64,000 nt of DNA from an uncultured Bacilli bacterium (GTDB lineage: Bacteria > Bacillota_I > Bacilli_A > RFN20 > CAG-631): NCBI GenBank assembly GCA_947626825.1, contig CANQTM010000004.1, positions 10,074-74,073 of the forward strand. Direction: 5' to 3'. Shown here piece after piece: positions 1 through 8,492 of this stretch. Below the pieces are notes generated by a model, which saw only the letters and a program-made list of their open reading frames with translations, searched no databases and had not been told where the DNA came from. The number at the start of each line of letters is the position of its first letter. Positions within the stretch are counted from its first letter, which is position 1. Made by a program: the position numbers and the translations under genes.

Positions 1-1415
1 GGAATATATTTTGCTTTAATATTTATTGAATGTAACCAAGCAACACAATTATCATTTTTATCTGGTTCATTTGAAAAATATACATTGATTAAAATTTGTG
101 TATCATCTACACTTGCATTATATTCTGCAATTCTTAGCCATATTCCTAATGAAAACACATCAAATTTTTGACAATTTATTTCATATATTTGAAAATATTT
201 TCCAATAGCTCCTTCAGCAGTAAATTTCCAACATTTACTTTCAGGATAATAAGGTGCCAAAAAATTTGGAGTTGGAATTAACTCTCTTGAAACATACATA
301 CTATTACAATAAATTTTAAATGGTTCTAAAACTTCACCATTAAAACTTGGATTATAACTTATCAATTTTGATATAACAAGTTTTCTATGTAATTCATCAT
401 ACAATATTGATTGTACAAGTCCTCGTTCGTCTTCACTTATACAAATTAAATTTCCTTCTTTATCACTATGATATATAGATTTTACATTTCTATAACTATT
501 AATTGTTGCACAATATGGATTATCATTCCATATATCTATTCTTGCTCCTAATTCATTTTGATAATATTCAGGTTTTAATGTAGGAGTAACTTCAAATTGA
601 ATAAATAAATTAGTTAATTTATCAATTATTTTATAAGTTACAAAACCATTATTTGTATATTCAAATTCTAGATTTTTTTCAATTATTGTTGAATTTTCAT
701 TTGGATAAACAAATATTTGTTTAATAAAATTATTAAATATTTCATCATTAGTTTCTAATATTATTTTTATATATTTTATTTCTTCAAATACATTACTTGT
801 GTTTGTTTTATAAGCTTTTATTTCTACATAATTTTCATTATAACTGAATGTGATTTTTTCAACTTTTTGTGAATTGTTTTGTATTTCAACTATTCTTCTT
901 TTTGAATCATATTTATATGATTTTATTTCTTGATTGGCCTTAACTAATTTTGATAATAATATTTTGCTACCATTAGGTTGAAATTCATAACTATCATTGT
1001 CATGAGTATGAATACGCCATCGATAACCATATCTATCATCAATTGCTGATAATGTTGAATTAGTTTCTTTATTGATATATATCCCTATATTATAAGATTG
1101 GTCAAATAAAGTTTTATCATATTTAAATAATAAACTACTGCCATCACTTTTAATAAGTAATATATCGTTTCCTTGATATTTTAATTCCATAAAATCAGTA
1201 AATCTAACTGATCTTCCTAATCCATAATCTAGTAGTTCCCCTTGTAATTGAAACAAAATAGAAAATGTTAAACCATTATGATAAGGCGATTCATATAATG
1301 GTGTTAAAACATGAACATTCCAAAATTCAGGTATTGGATTTATATATGTTGTTAATAAATCATTAAAATCATTTGTAATTAATGCTGCATAATTTGATAA
1401 TCCAATATTTTTCAT
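1..1415 (-). CDS. RHS/YD-repeat family protein, N-terminal ~471 aa; the gene continues past the window start
   Basis: Uninterrupted reverse-strand frame from ATG at 1413-1415 (RBS AAAGGAA upstream) to position 1. It is absent from the ORF track because there is no stop in the window. Manual translation begins MKNIGLSNYAALITNDFNDLLTTYINPIPEFWNVHV... and shows several YD-repeat-like segments (LLFKYDKTL, IKSYKYDSKRRIVEIQ, ITFSYNENYVEIKAY, SILYDELHRKLV). No N-terminal signal peptide. Confidence 0.4.
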   Translation of the reverse strand, partial: MKNIGLSNYAALITNDFNDLLTTYINPIPEFWNVHVLTPLYESPYHNGLTFSILFQLQGELLDYGLGRSVRFTDFMELKYQGNDILLIKSDGSSLLFKYDKTLFDQSYNIGIYINKETNSTLSAIDDRYGYRWRIHTHDNDSYEFQPNGSKILLSKLVKANQEIKSYKYDSKRRIVEIQNNSQKVEKITFSYNENYVEIKAYKTNTSNVFEEIKYIKIILETNDEIFNNFIKQIFVYPNENSTIIEKNLEFEYTNNGFVTYKIIDKLTNLFIQFEVTPTLKPEYYQNELGARIDIWNDNPYCATINSYRNVKSIYHSDKEGNLICISEDERGLVQSILYDELHRKLVISKLISYNPSFNGEVLEPFKIYCNSMYVSRELIPTPNFLAPYYPESKCWKFTAEGAIGKYFQIYEINCQKFDVFSLGIWLRIAEYNASVDDTQILINVYFSNEPDKNDNCVAWLHSINIKAKYI

Positions 1416-1469
1416 TTATTTATTTCCTTTCTATTTTTTTTAATAAAACAAAAAGAAAACAAAAGAATA

Positions 1470-3428
1470 TCAATTGTTTCCTTCATCATTATTTGTTTTA
1501 TTCATTTGCAAACCATTTTTAAATGCTTCTATTGTTGTTGGAAGATGTTCTGGTTCTAAACTATATTGATTAGTAACTTCATTTTTTGAATTATAATCAT
1601 TTACAGAAAACCAAACAGCACCTTTAATGTTTTTTACAATATCTGAACGTTCTGCAAATTCTTGAAACATACCAGTAACATATCTAGTTTGGCTATCTTG
1701 ATTTCTATAAAGTTTTCCTGTCGCCGTTCCTCCAGCACCACAACCAAATTCAGAAATTATCCAAGGATATTTATTCCAAACAGGATTATTTTTTATATAT
1801 AATTCAGTATAGTCTTCTCTAAATGTCCAAAGCCCAACTGTATTAGAATTATTATCTTCATAATATGTTAAACCTAAAGCTTGTACATAATCATTACCTG
1901 GAAAATAGCTTAAGTCTTCACCCCAAGCACTATATGGACAACTTCTAGCCATTGGATTAAAAATCCAAATAGTGTTGTTTACACCTTGTTCTTGTAAAAA
2001 GTTATATAAATAACGCCATGTGGCTTGGAAAATATCAGGATCTAATAAAGTCATCATCCCACAATAACTTGTCCAATCGGTATTCATTTCGTTATTTAAT
2101 CTAAATAATACTGGTTTACCATAAGCCTTTAAACCATTAGCTAAATTTTTAAACGCAGTATCAATAATGTTTCTTTTATCAAATAACACATCGCCACCTG
2201 GATCTGGACCTCTTAATATATCAAACATTGGTGTATAACAATCTAAAGTGTTTTCAGCAGAAACAAAATTGTTGTTATCTGTAAATTGATACGAGAATTG
2301 TAAAACAGGTAAACCATTAAAACCATTACCACCAGCAGTTGCATTAGCACCACCTAAAGCAAATTCACTATAACGTCCATGATATGAAATATGTTGATAA
2401 GTTGGTATGATATCAAAGTCATAATCCATTGCTGTTGATAATTTGTTTAATTTTTGTTTTAAATCAGTTGGTTTATCAATATTTGTGACATACATACCCC
2501 AATCAGTGCGATCTTGATTACACAACTTTTCAAAATAGTTTTTTGTTTCTTCACTCCAATTAGGATTTTCTTTCAATTCCATGTTATCAAGTTGATTTTT
2601 AGCAACACCTGCTGTAGTATCTAAAACTTCAAATGATTGAATCATTTCAACAAAATCATCACTACGATCATGTGTTGATTTCATTACAAATAAATAAAAT
2701 TCATTGCCTTTAAAATTAAATTCATTTCTTACTACACCAATATTATAAAACATTTTACGAATATTTCCTGGATCATTAATATAAATAGGAATAATTGTAA
2801 CAATATAATTTTCTAATATTTTATTACTTTCAAAAATAGGATCAAAAGATGTTGGCGTATAATATAAATTATTATCATGTAAATATTCTTCATTCATTAC
2901 ATATCTTAACAACCATTCATCACGATAAGTAATCCAACTTGAATAAGGATTTTTTGTTTCTTTTGAAACAGTTAAAGTTGTTTCAGTATTATATAAACGA
3001 TTTCTATATGCTGCTACTTTAAAATCTGCTTTAAAAGTACTATCTGTTTTTAAATTAAAAGCATATCCATCAGATCGGTTTACAAAACGCATATATTCAT
3101 CATTATAAAATAAATATTTAGCATCATCATTTTCAGTAATTTGTCCATCTTTTAAAGTTGGTGTTAGAACATTATTTTTATATAATTCTTGATATTTGAT
3201 ATTAGGAAAATGACCAAAAAGATCTTCTTCATACATTGGTTCATAATCACTTGCTGCATGAATACTATCTAATTTTTTTAAACCATCATAATATTCATTA
3301 AAAAGAATGTCATCTTCAACTTTAGGATCATCTTGATTAGATATTGATGTTTCATTGTCATCACATGAAGTGCAAGAAATACTTAATATAATGGCAAATA
3401 ATGGTAACAAAAATTTTTTCTTTTTCAT
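1470..3428 (-). CDS. Secreted lipoprotein, putative clan GH-A glycoside hydrolase (GH26/GH113 mannanase-like)
   Basis: Lipobox signal MKKKKFLLPLFAIILSISCTSC. NEM motif (LFRLNNEMNTDW) and WIISEFG segment resemble the acid/base and nucleophile strands of clan GH-A enzymes. The family assignment is by eye only. Confidence 0.45.
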   Translation of the reverse strand: MKKKKFLLPLFAIILSISCTSCDDNETSISNQDDPKVEDDILFNEYYDGLKKLDSIHAASDYEPMYEEDLFGHFPNIKYQELYKNNVLTPTLKDGQITENDDAKYLFYNDEYMRFVNRSDGYAFNLKTDSTFKADFKVAAYRNRLYNTETTLTVSKETKNPYSSWITYRDEWLLRYVMNEEYLHDNNLYYTPTSFDPIFESNKILENYIVTIIPIYINDPGNIRKMFYNIGVVRNEFNFKGNEFYLFVMKSTHDRSDDFVEMIQSFEVLDTTAGVAKNQLDNMELKENPNWSEETKNYFEKLCNQDRTDWGMYVTNIDKPTDLKQKLNKLSTAMDYDFDIIPTYQHISYHGRYSEFALGGANATAGGNGFNGLPVLQFSYQFTDNNNFVSAENTLDCYTPMFDILRGPDPGGDVLFDKRNIIDTAFKNLANGLKAYGKPVLFRLNNEMNTDWTSYCGMMTLLDPDIFQATWRYLYNFLQEQGVNNTIWIFNPMARSCPYSAWGEDLSYFPGNDYVQALGLTYYEDNNSNTVGLWTFREDYTELYIKNNPVWNKYPWIISEFGCGAGGTATGKLYRNQDSQTRYVTGMFQEFAERSDIVKNIKGAVWFSVNDYNSKNEVTNQYSLEPEHLPTTIEAFKNGLQMNKTNNDEGNN

Positions 3429-3443
3429 TTTGTCTTGGCCCCT

Positions 3444-4253
3444 TTATTTATTGTTTTTTAAATCATTTAAAATATCTTGTTTTCTTTGAAGATATTCATC
3501 TTCACTAATTTTATTATTTGAATATAATTTTTCAAGATTTGCTAATGCTTCATAAGCAGATTCTAATTTAGAATTATCAACTATATTATTATTATTTTCA
3601 GTTTCATTATTTATTGGTTCATTATTTTGTTCAATACTAACTGAATCATCTTTTATAGTTAAATTTTCTTCATTGTTATTAACGAAATTATTTTGAACTG
3701 GTTGATAATTATTTGATTGTGGTCTTATTGGCATGGCAATTGATTTTTGAAAAGTTACATGATTTACAATATATAATATTGTGCCAATTAAACCAACAAT
3801 TGAAATAATTGAATACATAACACTAATTAAATCATTTGATAAGTCAGATGAAAGATTAAAAGTTATTAACAAATAATTAATTACTAAAAATACAATTAAT
3901 GTTATATGAATTTTGTTTTTACGTTTATATGTTAATTTGTCTAAACTATAATCTTTAAAATTCAATAAAGTAAAGATAAAGACTAAAACTGATGTAATAA
4001 ATGAAAGAATTAATTGTATTAAGTTAAATAGATACATCAGTGTTGATAACTGAGCAATAGTCTCATCATTTAAAAAACTAATATCAACATTTAAATTATT
4101 TAACATATCTTTATATGTTCCAATAAATAAATCAAATGCATTTTTAAAAGCATTAGGACTAGCTAATGTTATTAAAGAATAAATTATCAAAATAATACTG
4201 ACACTTGAAAATATTAAATTCAATATATTACTTATTTTTAGGCCTTTATTCAT
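3444..4253 (-). CDS. Membrane protein with four predicted TM helices and a C-terminal SHOCT domain
   Basis: Hydrophobic segments in the N-terminal 170 aa. C-terminus LESAYEALANLEKLYSNNKISEDEYLQRKQDILNDL matches the SHOCT short C-terminal motif. Confidence 0.5.
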   Translation of the reverse strand: MNKGLKISNILNLIFSSVSIILIIYSLITLASPNAFKNAFDLFIGTYKDMLNNLNVDISFLNDETIAQLSTLMYLFNLIQLILSFITSVLVFIFTLLNFKDYSLDKLTYKRKNKIHITLIVFLVINYLLITFNLSSDLSNDLISVMYSIISIVGLIGTILYIVNHVTFQKSIAMPIRPQSNNYQPVQNNFVNNNEENLTIKDDSVSIEQNNEPINNETENNNNIVDNSKLESAYEALANLEKLYSNNKISEDEYLQRKQDILNDLKNNK

Positions 4254-4304
4254 AAGATATTCCTTCCAATCTTTGTTTTGTTTATTTTATCATATTTTGA
4301 AATA

Positions 4305-4967
4305 TTAATTAATAACCATATCATTTAATTTTTCAAAATGTTTAGAAAAAGAAATTTCTAATAAAACACTTTTTGCTTCATTTAATTTATGACGATCAAA
4401 TATAAATTGACATTTATTAATAAATAATTTATTTTTTTCGAATTTTTCTTTTATTTCTAAAAAACGAAAAGCTCTATATATTAAATATATTCTTCCTGTT
4501 TCTTTTAAATTTTTAGATAATGAAATACAAAGATTATCTAAATTTAAATGACTCTCATGACGAGCCATTGATTTATTTGGATTATTATTTTTTTCATTAT
4601 CATTTAATGATGTAAAATATGGTGGATTACTAACTATTACATCATAATAATGATTACTATCATATATTGAAAAATCATCACAAATTAAATTTGCTTTAAT
4701 ATTATTTTCTTTTAATGTTAGTTTACATATTTCTAAAGCATCTTTATTTATTTCTATGCCAGTTGCTTGTCCACCTTTTTTTATAATATAAATTAATAAA
4801 GCGCCATTGTTAGTACCAACATCTAAAACTTTTTCACCACTATTTATATGAATAAATTCTCCAAGTAAACATGTATCAGTATTAAAATGATACATATCTT
4901 CATGTTGAACAACTTTATAGTCTGGATGATTTGCCAAATAATCTATAGAAAGTTTTTTATTTATCAT
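4305..4967 (-). CDS. SAM-dependent methyltransferase with NPPY motif (TrmN6/YfiC-like N6-adenine methyltransferase)
   Basis: VLDVGTNNGALLIY SAM-binding motif followed by VIVSNPPYF. Confidence 0.6.
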   Translation of the reverse strand: MINKKLSIDYLANHPDYKVVQHEDMYHFNTDTCLLGEFIHINSGEKVLDVGTNNGALLIYIIKKGGQATGIEINKDALEICKLTLKENNIKANLICDDFSIYDSNHYYDVIVSNPPYFTSLNDNEKNNNPNKSMARHESHLNLDNLCISLSKNLKETGRIYLIYRAFRFLEIKEKFEKNKLFINKCQFIFDRHKLNEAKSVLLEISFSKHFEKLNDMVIN

Positions 4968-5367
4968 CTTCTATTTGAAGTAATTTATGAATTTGTTCTA
5001 ATGGTATTTTGGCACCACTAAAATGTGGCCAGGCATCAACTTCATCATTTTTCTTTCTAGGAACAATATGAAAATGTAAATGCATAACTGATTGTTGAGC
5101 ATCTATGCCTGAAGCATTTATTATATTGCATCCTGTATAATTACAATCATTAATATAGTGATTAGCTATTTTTTTAATAGTTTTAGTTACATGTTCTAAA
5201 GTTTTATCATCACAATCTAAAACATTATCTACATGTTTTTTTGGAATAACTAAAGTATGACCATCAACATCTTTAGCAATATCTAAAAATGCATATGTAT
5301 ATTCATCTTCATATATTTTATAACTTGGTATTTCTTTGTTTATAATTTTGCAAAAAATGCAATCCAT
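4957..5367 (-). CDS. HIT family (histidine triad) nucleotide hydrolase
   Basis: HLHFHIVPR histidine-triad motif; size 136 aa. Confidence 0.8.
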   Translation of the reverse strand: MDCIFCKIINKEIPSYKIYEDEYTYAFLDIAKDVDGHTLVIPKKHVDNVLDCDDKTLEHVTKTIKKIANHYINDCNYTGCNIINASGIDAQQSVMHLHFHIVPRKKNDEVDAWPHFSGAKIPLEQIHKLLQIEDDK

Positions 5368-5382
5368 TATTATTTGTCCTTT

Positions 5383-5985
5383 CTACTTAAATATTTTACT
5401 TATTATATTAACTATATTTTTTATTGAAGCATTTGAAGTATTTATACATAAATCATAATTTACTTTATCGCCCCATTTTAAAGATGTATAAAAGTTATAA
5501 TATTTAGCTCTATTTTTATCTATTTGTAAAATTTTCTTTTTTAATTGTTTATCTGTATAAGATTCATTTGCTTGATTTCTACTTTTACAACGCAAGATCT
5601 TATTTTCAATATCAGCATATACAAATATTCTAAAAGGTTTGTAATCTTTTAAAATATAATCAGCACAACGACCAACAATAACACAATTTGATTTTTCAGC
5701 TAATTCTTTTAAAATGTCACATTGTGCAGAATATATTTCTTGAATTTGTTTTATTTGGTATGTACTTGCAAAATTCATTGTATGACCAATAGTAATAGGA
5801 TATAATTGGTGAGGTTTTTGTTCTACGATTTGTTGAATATATTCTTCAGATAAAGAAGTATGTTTTGCTATCTCACTAATAATTTCTTTATCATAATATT
5901 CATAACCTAATTCTTCAGCCAAACGCCTTCCAAGTTCTCGACCTCCACTACCAAATTCACGACCAATAGTGATAATTTTATTCAT
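5383..5985 (-). CDS. Cytidylate kinase-like family P-loop protein
   Basis: N-terminal ITIGREFGSGGRELGRRLAEELG motif is typical of the cytidylate-kinase-like (Cytidylate_kin2) family. Confidence 0.55.
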   Translation of the reverse strand: MNKIITIGREFGSGGRELGRRLAEELGYEYYDKEIISEIAKHTSLSEEYIQQIVEQKPHQLYPITIGHTMNFASTYQIKQIQEIYSAQCDILKELAEKSNCVIVGRCADYILKDYKPFRIFVYADIENKILRCKSRNQANESYTDKQLKKKILQIDKNRAKYYNFYTSLKWGDKVNYDLCINTSNASIKNIVNIISKIFK

Positions 5986-6147
5986 AAATTGTTATTATAA
6001 TCATATTGGTATGATTATTTCCTCCTTCATAAAAATTTATTTCTTATTAATATTTTAATACATTTACACTATTTTTTCCACAAATATTTCTTTTCTAAAA
6101 AAATTATCTTGTCTTTTAACTTTAATATGATAAAATATTTTTGCAAT

Positions 6148-6221
6148 GCAGGTATAGTTTAACGGTAAAATGCGTGCTTCCCAAGCTCGAAATGGGGTTT
6201 CGACTACCCTTACCTGCTCCA
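6148..6221 (+). tRNA. tRNA, folded manually as tRNA-Gly with anticodon CCC
   Basis: 74-nt cloverleaf: acceptor GCAGGTA/TACCTGC, D arm GTTT-AACGGTA-AAAT, anticodon arm CGTGC-TTCCCAA-GCTCG with one T.T mismatch, T arm GGGGT-TTCGACT-ACCCT, discriminator T plus encoded CCA. Upstream TGATAAAAT extended -10 at about 6126. Confidence 0.65.
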
Positions 6222-6310
6222 ATGGTATACCCTAACAGATTGATACAATGTGTCAGTCTGTTTTTTATAAAGTTTGACTATCAACATCTATGTGGTTTTA
6301 AAGAAAAATA

Positions 6311-6354
6311 GGTCTTAGAAAGTGCAAAAGTTGCATTTTCTAGGGCCTTTTTTG
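6311..6354 (+). terminator. Rho-independent terminator downstream of the tRNA
   Basis: Near-perfect hairpin GGTCTTAGAAAGTGCAA-aag-TTGCATTTTCTAGGGCC followed by TTTTTT. Confidence 0.5.
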
Positions 6355-6403
6355 ATGTCTTAAATCAGGGTGTCGACGATAGGGGGACGATAGGAGATGA
6401 TAG

Positions 6404-6704
6404 ATGATGAGCTTTCAATAAAAGGATCACAAATGCAAGAACAGAAGGATTTAATAATTTAGTAAAAGTAATAAAAAGAAGTGGGTATGGATATACTAAT
6501 TTCAAAAGATTTAGAAATAGAATTTTACATATTCAAAAAAAGGTTTTAAATTAAAAAATTTATAAAATTTAAGCATTCTATTTGCGGTTGTCTTATCAAA
6601 AAAGAAGCAGGTATTTTGTCTATTTGCTTCTTTTCATAAACCCCATGATTTTGAAGAGCTTTTTTTGAAAACCCCACGCAAACCCCACTTTTTCGAGGTG
6701 AGCC
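6404..6704 (+). mobile_element. 3'-terminal remnant of an ISL3-family insertion sequence (transposase C-terminus plus right inverted repeat)
   Basis: Frame at 6411-6554 encodes AFNKRITNARTEGFNNLVKVIKRSGYGYTNFKRFRNRILHIQKKVLN*, characteristic of ISL3 transposase C-termini, preceded by in-frame stops. The reverse complement of 6650-6704 reads GGCTCACCTCGAAAAAGTGGGGTTTGCGTGGGGTTTTC, an ISL3-type terminal IR. No 5' part is present. Confidence 0.55.
6411..6554 (+). pseudogene. ISL3 transposase gene fragment (last ~47 codons only)
   Basis: See the mobile_element entry; in-frame TGA TGA immediately upstream, no start codon. Confidence 0.55.
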
Positions 6705-6926
6705 TAAAAAATTAGGTGCGACTAATAAGTCAATAAGTCGTTAGAAAATAGAAAGTGCTTACTAGATGTGGTTTTATATAAAGATTTATGTAATATTTTA
6801 GACATTACTTTAAATAGATTTTTTCTTTAATAATGTTCTTTTTATATCTTTTTACATATTTTGATTAAAGAAAAAGCACCTATCTTTTTTCGATAGATGC
6901 ATCATATTTTACACTAATTCGTTGTA

Positions 6927-8141
6927 TTACCAATTTTCCATAAGTAAAAAATCAACAATATGTACCACTTTAATTCCATTAATATTTTGCACATCGTTAC
7001 GATTTGTGGTCACCACATATTTATGATTAAAATCATTAATTGAACTTAAATTTTTTATTTCCCTTTCAGAATTATCTGGCAAGCTAACTGTTGCTTGGAT
7101 TTGAATTTCATCATCTTTTCTTTTTGCAACAAAATCTATTTCTTTATCATTATTTTTACCTACATAAACTTCATATCCTCGCCTTTTAAGTTCAAGATAA
7201 ATGATGTTTTCAAGTATAGAAGCATCCATTTTCTTGTTGTAACCAAATATGGCAAAGCGCAGTGATATATCAGAAAGATAATATTTTTCTTGTGTTTTGA
7301 GAATAGACTTTCCTTGTAAATCATATCTATTACATTCATAGATTATAAACGAATCCTTAAGCCAAGTAATATAGTTATATACTGCTTCAACCGAAATTTC
7401 TTTATGTTGTTCTTTTAAATATTTAGCTATTGAATTTGCAGAAAATGTTTTACCCATATTGTCCATTAGATACTTAACAACTCTATTAAATTTTTCAACA
7501 TCCTTTATTGGATGATTACTTAACACATCTTTTGTTATTATAGAATAATATATATCTTCTACAATCTGATATGCATTTTGAAAATTAAGTTTAGAAGTAG
7601 CAATCAATGGAAAGCCACCAAATTTAACATATTCTCTATATGCTTCATCCAAGTCATCATTGCCTATTTTTTTAAATTTTAGATATTCCTTAAATGAAAG
7701 CGTATATGTGGGCACAAGAACATATCTTCTTGACAAATAAGATGAAATATGTTCACTAGTCAATTTAGAGTTTGAACCAGTTACAAAAATATCTACATTA
7801 CAAGTTTCAAATAGTGAGTTTATTGCTTGTTCCCACCCTTCTATTTCTTGAACTTCATCTAGTAAAAGATAATATTTTTCTTTATCTTGTATTTGATTTT
7901 TAAGTTCATTATACATATCTTTTTTTGTATAACCATCATCAACTTCAACACTAGTGAACAACCTATAAATAATATGGTTAAGGTTTATACCATTTATTAG
8001 TAGTTCATCACCTATCATATCCAAAATGTAAGATTTACCACTTCTTCGTACACCGACAATTATTTTAACAATATTGACATTAATAAATGGTCTAATATAA
8101 TCTAAATAATCTTGTCTGACTATTAAATCGTTTTTAAGCAT
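6927..8141 (-). CDS. AAA+ ATPase, AAA_14 plus DUF4143 (COG1373-like), paralog A
   Basis: Walker A GVRRSGKSYIL, Walker B YLLLDEVQ, C-terminal EIDFVAKR...IQIQAT DUF4143 segment. Start chosen at internal ATG (MLKNDLIV) with AGAGGTG RBS; the track start is GTG at 8153. Confidence 0.75.
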   Translation of the reverse strand: MLKNDLIVRQDYLDYIRPFINVNIVKIIVGVRRSGKSYILDMIGDELLINGINLNHIIYRLFTSVEVDDGYTKKDMYNELKNQIQDKEKYYLLLDEVQEIEGWEQAINSLFETCNVDIFVTGSNSKLTSEHISSYLSRRYVLVPTYTLSFKEYLKFKKIGNDDLDEAYREYVKFGGFPLIATSKLNFQNAYQIVEDIYYSIITKDVLSNHPIKDVEKFNRVVKYLMDNMGKTFSANSIAKYLKEQHKEISVEAVYNYITWLKDSFIIYECNRYDLQGKSILKTQEKYYLSDISLRFAIFGYNKKMDASILENIIYLELKRRGYEVYVGKNNDKEIDFVAKRKDDEIQIQATVSLPDNSEREIKNLSSINDFNHKYVVTTNRNDVQNINGIKVVHIVDFLLMENW

Positions 8142-8375
8142 AGCATAACCCACCTCTCATTTATTTATTATTATAGAATTTTACTAAACAAGTTTTAAGC
8201 AGTTAAAACAAAAAACATATCAAATTTATTTAACTTTTTTGTTTTTAAACCAAAAAACTTTATAATGATATTATAGTATTATTTAATGTTTTCATACAAT
8301 TTGACAATAAAATTGGTAAATTTATCAAAAGTAGAAATCTTTATTGACAATGTTATAGGAAAAATAGTAAAAATT

Positions 8376-8469
8376 GAAGTTTTCGGCTTTTTGTAATAAA
8401 AACAATTTGAAATTTTCGGCATTTTGTCATGTATAAAACTTGTAATTATCGGCAACACATGATATAATG
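8376..8469 (+). repeat. Three tandem ~34-bp degenerate direct repeats (core TTTTCGGC / TATCGGC) in the divergent promoter region between paralogs A and B
   Basis: gaagTTTTCGGCtttttgtaataaaaa, gaaaTTTTCGGCattttgtcatgtataaaa and gtaatTATCGGCaacacatgatataatg. The third unit contains an extended -10 TGATATAAT about 25 nt upstream of the paralog B RBS AGGAGG. Confidence 0.5.
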
Positions 8470-8492
8470 TTACCAAAAATAGGAGGTTTAAA

